Of a DNA stretch of 64,000 bases, positions 57,801 to 64,000 are shown one piece after another. The stretch is from Ylistrum balloti (Eukaryota): contig NW_026781911.1 of NCBI RefSeq assembly GCF_031769215.1, forward strand, positions 558,001 to 622,000. The letters run 5' to 3'. The notes under the pieces are model-generated. The model made no database searches and had not been told where the DNA came from. It saw only the letters and a program-made list of their open reading frames with translations. Both the position numbers and the translations under genes were made by a program. Numbering within the stretch: the stretch's first letter is position 1; every line of letters begins with the position of its first letter.

Positions 57801-60800
57801 AATTCTGTATTTTATACAACATTGATTTGTGAGCGACAGGCAGAAATTCTGTATTTATAACTGCATTGATTTGTGAGCAACGGGCAGAAATTCTGTATTT
57901 TATACTATGTTGATTTGTGAGTGACGGGCAGAAATTCTGTATTTTATACTATATTGATTTGTGAGCGACGGACATAAATTCTGTATTTAATACTGGGTTG
58001 ATTTGTGAGTGACGGGCAAAAATTCTGTATTTTATACTACGTTGATTTGTGAGTGACGGGCAGAAATTCTGTATTTTATACTACATTGATTTGTGAGTGA
58101 CGGGCAGAAATTCTGTATTTTATACTACGTTGATTTGTGAGTGACGGGCAGAAATTCTGTATTTTATACTACATTGATTTGTGAGCGATGGGCAGAAATT
58201 CTGTATTTTTATACTACATTGAGTTGTGAATGAAGGGCAGGAATTCTGTATTTTATACTACATTGATTTGTGAGTGACGGGCAAAAATTCTGTATTTTAT
58301 ACTACATTGATTTGTGAGTGACGGGCAGAAATTCTGTATTTTATACTACATTGATTTGTGAGTGACGGGCAGAAATTCTGTATTTTAATACTATGTTGAT
58401 TTGTGAGTGACGGGCAGGAATTCTGTATTTTTATACTATATTGATTTGTGAGTGACGGGCAGGAATTCTGTATTTTTATACTATATCGATTTGTGAGTGA
58501 CGGGCAGGAATTCTGTATTTTTATACTATATCGATTTGTGAGTGACGGGCAGGAATTCTGTATTTTTATACTATATCGATTTGTGAGTGACGGGCAGAAA
58601 TTCTGTATTTTTATACTATATCGATTTGTGAGTGACGGGCAGAAATTCTGTATTTTATACATTGATTTGTGAGTGACGGGCAGAAATTCTGTATTTTATA
58701 CATTGATTTGTGAGTGACGGGCAGAAATTCTTCTTTTACTTCTTCTTTCTCACAATAAATAGATCTATAACTTTTTAGGCTGAAATCATGTACTACTAGT
58801 AGATGTTTATGTAAATTTGGGAGTTAGCGGCAAAAATACTGTTTTTTTAACTATAGATTTGTGTGTTTAAGGTATAAATCATAAACTACTGGTATAAACT
58901 GTTTTTCCATATAAGTCTGTGAGTTTGCTTCTTGTGGCAGTGACAACAGAGAGATAATGTTTGGAAGGAATGGCTTTTACTGCGTGGTATAATATACAAT
59001 GACAAAATTATGTATCAAATGTTGACCTATGTGTAATCACACATAAATATTATTTACATAATAGATTACATTGTTTGTTGATAACAAAACACTGATATAC
59101 AAGTACAAACAGGGACTAATACAGTCTTATCTACCAATTGCACTTAAATATTTGTTTTTTGTGTTTTTCATGAACACGAACTTGCATCACAAACAGTATA
59201 CAGACTTCGGACTACATTGTCAGCTAACAACTTGAACAACCTTTATGTAAACAAAACAGAAATGTCATCATGTAATAAATAAAGATAAAGGGTACATCAT
59301 AATTCTTAATGAACACCATATGACAGGATTTCCAATTGTCATTCCACACACAAAAAGTAAAAACTGAAATTTACTTCGCATAGATATCTAGTTTCTGGTA
59401 CTACTTGATCTCAAAAAGGAATACATACTATCAATAATTGTGTACCACAGAAACAGTGTACACAGATGTACACACCTGTACTGCTACTGTGATGTACCAC
59501 AGAAATAGTGTACATAGATGTGTACACCTGTACTGCTTTTGTGATGTACCACAGAAATAGTGTACACAGATGTATACACCTGTACTGCTATTGTGATGTA
59601 CCACAGAAACAGTGTACACAGATGGACTGACCTGTACTAATATTGTGATGTACCACAGAAATAATGTACACAGATGTACACACCTGTACTGCTACTGTAA
59701 TGTACCACAGAAATAGTGTACACAGCTGTGTACACCTGTACTGCTACTGTGTTGTACCACAGAAATAATGTACACAGATGGACAAACCTGTATTAGTAGT
59801 AATGGTAGCACATCTTTTTGTTTTTATTTTTTTAGTTTTATGTGCTCTAGTAATTTACATAATCAGGGAGATATAGAAGTCAGATGAACACTGAAAATAC
59901 AAGGGAACAGGCATGAATAATCTGTTAAAAACAAAAGGTTTTAGATGACTTTAAGTAAATAGATATATGACTTGACAACTACAAACACATTTGTATAAAT
60001 ATACCGTATACAAAATTTGAGACAATCGGTCTGTTTTTTGTAAGTCTATGAACACACACACCAGCCATTAAAGAGTACACCAGTAAGGTTTGATGTCTAA
60101 AAGAATGTTATTTTTTTTTACTACAAATGCAGAGTATAGATGTCAAACTCAAAGGCAGATAACTATTTGATCCAGTGTTATAAAATCTGTTAAAACCTGG
60201 AGTGTAAAAATCTATTTACCATTAATCTTGTGGTCCAAGTGAGTAAGGCAACCATTATTCCTAAGTCTGTTTACCATTTGACCTGTCCAAGAGTCTGTTT
60301 ATCTTTTGAGCAACAGTCAAAAAGGCTGTTCAATATTTGGCACATTGTCCAAAAATCTGATTACCATTGGGCAAAAGTTCAAAACTCTCTTTTCCATTTT
60401 GCCTATGGTTCAGAAATCTATTTACTGTTTTGTCTGGAGTCCAAATATTGATGATCTCAAGATTGCTGATAATAAGAGTTCACCTAAAATTTAAAAAAAT
60501 ATAGTTCATAACTCAATTTTACATTCTGTTTACCAGAAGATCAATATTCAATGCCTGAAAACCATTTATCTTGGACTAATTAATCATTTACTGACCAACC
60601 AATCAAGTACAAGGACCATTTGTATGGTATGGTAGCAAAATTGGACCCAGACTTATCAGTACAAATTTGTAAATTCACACAATACAGCTGGTAGCTACTG
60701 CTGACGACCAACACAAAATACTCACAGATTGTGCACCATGCATAGGTGATGATCACCACTGGTTTAAGAGAAGAATTAAAATAATATAATCTTCACCTGT

Positions 60801-61598
60801 AAATATCTTTGTTATAAATAAAACACATTTCATACTAAAACAAGAAATGATGAGCAGAATCACATTTCTATGGAGATCATTGAAAAACAGATGACAATCT
60901 AGGTCTGTCAAGTAATGACAATAAATAAATTACCTGTACTACAGTATGAGACATCAAGTGATAGTATCCATTATAGCTGAACCCACACCACTCGCATGTA
61001 CTTGTGGCTCCTCCTTCCCATACCACTCAGACATGTGGGTGGCTCCTCCTCCCCATAACACTCAGACATGTGGGTGGCTCCCCCTCCCCATACCACTCAG
61101 ACATGTGGGTTGCTCATTTCCCACACCACTCACACATGTGGGTGGCTCCTTCTCCCCACACCACTCACATGTGGGTTGCTCCTTCTCCCCACACCACTCA
61201 CACATGTGGGTGGCTCCTTCTCCCCACACCACTCACACGTGGGTTGCTCCTTCTCCCCACACCACTCACACGTGGGTTGCTCCTTCTCCCCACACCTCTC
61301 ACACATGTGGGTGGCTCCTTCTTCCCACACCACTCACACGTGGGTTGCTCCTTCTCCCCACACCTCTCACACATGTGGGTGGCTCCTTCTCCCCACACCT
61401 CTCACATGTATTGGTGGCTCCTTCTCCCCACACCACTCAGACATGTGGGTTGCTCTTGTTTCCCACATCACTCTCACATGTGGGTTGCTCTTGTTTCCCA
61501 CAATAATCACACATGTGGGTGGCTCTTCCTCGAACACCATTCAAATGAGTCAGTACCAGAACATGTTTCCATAAAAACCAACACCAAGCAACTCACAC
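54875..61598 (-). CDS. Candidate micro-exon gene, partial, product unknown (possibly a membrane protein)
   Basis: AG..GT-bounded short segments: 61598-61557 plus 60976-60934 give CELLGVGFYGNMFCYNGYYHLMSHTVVQ; 55673-55638, 55362-55329, 55213-55197 and 54902-54875 chain in phase to LNSHFLSFYFQVTIAFVQIEKLPSIHTKCFPILSDTR*. The two groups are not linked and no family is recognised. Confidence 0.25.
56395..57725. repeat. ~32-bp minisatellite with two alternating variants and decaying ends
   Basis: Variant A is CTGGGACACTAGGTCACACCTGTACTAACCGT; variant B is TTATGGAACACTCGGCCACACCTGTACT. Confidence 0.95.
57770..58730. repeat. 44-45-bp minisatellite, about 21 copies
   Basis: Unit ATTGATTTGTGAGTGACGGGCAGAAATTCTGTATTTTATACTAC. 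Confidence 0.97.
59435..59795. repeat. 52-bp minisatellite, about 7 copies
   Basis: Unit GTGATGTACCACAGAAATAGTGTACACAGATGTACACACCTGTACTGCTACT; period 52. Confidence 0.95.
60980..61530. repeat. 33-35-bp minisatellite, about 16 copies
   Basis: Unit CCCCACACCACTCACACATGTGGGTGGCTCCTTCT; it generates the overlapping repetitive ORFs at 60946-61675. Confidence 0.95.
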
Positions 61599-64000
61599 CT
61601 ATTTGTGGCAACTTCCCACAAGAATATATTAGAACATTTCTTCATGACAGCCATTCCCACTTCAATCACACCTAATATTTCTTACTAGAGTCTGAGAACC
61701 TGTCTTCATGACCACCAACACTACACAACTCACACCTGTCAGTGACTACTTACTCTTACAGTATCAGAGGAATCTCTGACTACTCCCTATCTATTTATAC
61801 GATTTATCTTGGGGCGCCATTCTGATGGAAACTATTTCCTGGTACTTTAATAAAGGAGTTAAATGAATGCACTTATTAAGGCACATTTGAAATTTTAGCA
61901 CATTATACAATTCTACTACATCAGTGAATGGGATCACTCACAATATTTTACCACAGAAAACATCAACAATTTGCACTTAGTGCTATCATTTTTAGCACAA
62001 TGCTTCCAATACATAAAAGAACAAAGATTACTGATAAATGTATTTTCATACTGTTATGTAGAACTGAAAACCAACTAAAATATAGATTCACATTTTTAGT
62101 TCATTCTTTCTTTGCGCCATTTTGAATTACAGGATTTGATCACAAATTTTTTTGAAAAAAAAAATATATATAAATATATGTATATCATTCAGTGTGTATA
62201 TATTGCAGTACAGTGTAAAGAACACAATGAAAAAATTTACAGTTTCCTTCAATCCTATTTGTAGAAGTTAAGGGAAAACCTACCCTAGGGTTGGTTTGTG
62301 TAGGTCTTCCTTTTCTACTCTTCTTTGATCACTGAACAGTTCTTTCATGTAAGAAGTGACCAAGACTCAAGGGTAAGATTTCCATGCACTGTCTGATATG
62401 GGGATATCCTGATCTTGTTGACAGAAAAATTGCTACATCAGATGCACAGCATGGAGGAACATTTAACATTGTTTAACACTATGAGGGCCTACAAACTTAC
62501 ACATACCAATTTAAAATCGTCATAGAAATTGAAAATCTTCACAAGCCTCAACAATCAATATAAAAATACAGTAAAAAAGTATCTCTATTACAAGTATAAA
62601 AGCATGATACTAGGTGAAATTTGATTTCCTACAAATTTGAAAAAATTAACAAAGGGAGGTAACAAATAAGTGCATGTGTGAAAATGTGGGTTAGTTGTAA
62701 ATAATATGGTATATAAATCCATATAATGGTTATTATCAACTTAACCTGTGTTATAATGAGTTGTTTAAGGAAGACAAGAGACACCATGTAACTAGGACTG
62801 TGTTGTATCATCAGAACAAGACCAATCATCAGACAAATTAACATATAAAGTTAAGCCACACATTATCCCACAGTACACAGGAGTACCACAGGTCACAGGC
62901 TCCCCTGCATGGTGGACATCACGTCGGCATCACACTAATGTGAAACTGAAAATTCTTGAATTTTAAAAAGATTTTCAAGATACTTCATCATTATCGATCT
63001 GATAAAATCATAAAAATATACTTTGACTGTAAACTTTCACTAATTTCTAGTAAAATGGTTGTATTATAAACAGCTGATCACTCCCAAACATTCCACACAT
63101 ACTGCTCCATCCCTTTACAACCTAACATAATTATTGCTAAAATGCATTAATATCACCTCACCATAGAAGTCAGTAATAAGGCCAGTGTTTCATTTTCATG
63201 TAGCTATACACCATGAGGACCAGTAGCTATTGAACACATATATAAAAGGCCAGTGTCCAACTTACAATTAAACCTTCCACCATTAGGTAGTCAACAACCT
63301 GGACTATTTAAGATCCCTTCATAAAACACCAGAGAGGTGATGACTCTAAAATAATATTTTTATGGCACATACTTAAATATATGTTCAACATATACATTTG
63401 TATGGTGGTTCCTAGGTAGTTTAAACAAACTGATCATTTGTTCACATTCCAAATACGTTTAATCACATCGGTCACAAAGTTACATATTCCATGCTGTCAC
63501 TTATCTGTTAAAAATGAAACTGATCATTAAATCATCATCTGATTTTGGGGAGAATTTACTAATATCAGTCGATGGTACCTATTTGCATTCTTTGCGGAAA
63601 GAATGGCGTTGGCTCTATACCCCTAAGGATATTTACATTTTTGGTGCAAATAAAATATCATCAATGAAACGAAAAGGTTATACTGATGGTAATATTCCAC
63701 ACAACTCACAGCAGTCGATACATAATATTATACATGATAAACAGAGCACCATATCACATTTTGTCTCATTTCTTGTCCTTTGTAGCACAAAAAAATGTAA
63801 TGTTGTGTATGAGGGCTTCCATGACAGGATGAATGAAATGATATAATGGATTGATATAATACTACATAATCTATTCAGACTGACACCATTTCACTACAAT
63901 ATACATAACATTCTGAGATAATCATCCCTTTAGTTTTACAATAAGTACCCCAGCCAGCAGTACCTAAATCACAGTAAAATCATCCATTGGACTGCAGCTC

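Noticed and set aside
60980-61530. G-quadruplex potential on the minus strand of the array
   Set aside because: The main GGGG runs are ~33 nt apart, too far for a canonical intramolecular G4.
60946-61675. Overlapping His/Pro/Thr-rich ORFs in several frames on both strands
   Set aside because: They are by-products of the 33-35-bp repeat; frames switch with unit indels.
62280-62950. Exon-like minus-strand segments (VPPCCASDVAIFLSTRSGYPHIRQC...; CPPCRGACDLWYSC...)
   Set aside because: Every frame from the candidate acceptors hits an early stop, and they could not be linked in phase to other exons.

Overview
AT-rich, intron-rich eukaryotic genomic DNA; a mollusc, probably a bivalve, is inferred from repeat types and the GPCR family, but this is not proven. 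Seven genes can be assembled from GT-AG signals and reading-frame phase. From left to right: (1) a minus-strand gene encoding two cadherin-like beta-sandwich repeats plus a U-box/degenerate RING domain; (2) head-to-head with it, the 15-exon DNA polymerase alpha subunit B gene (POLA2), with an E2F-type site in the 246-bp shared promoter; (3) a BTB-BACK-Kelch gene with no visible CDS intron, interrupted by an N gap; (4) minus-strand YIPF4; (5, 6) two near-identical intronless class A GPCR genes in a ~2.05-kb tandem duplication bounded by CATCA microhomology; (7) a DUF4200 (CCDC42/CFAP73-type) coiled-coil gene. A possible minus-strand micro-exon gene lies at the right end. The introns carry about a dozen minisatellites, and several look like amplified copies of the neighbouring exon-intron junction, producing decoy splice sites. 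No CRISPR, rRNA or intact tRNA genes are supportable. Exon coordinates were read by eye and may be off by a base or two; no database searches were run.
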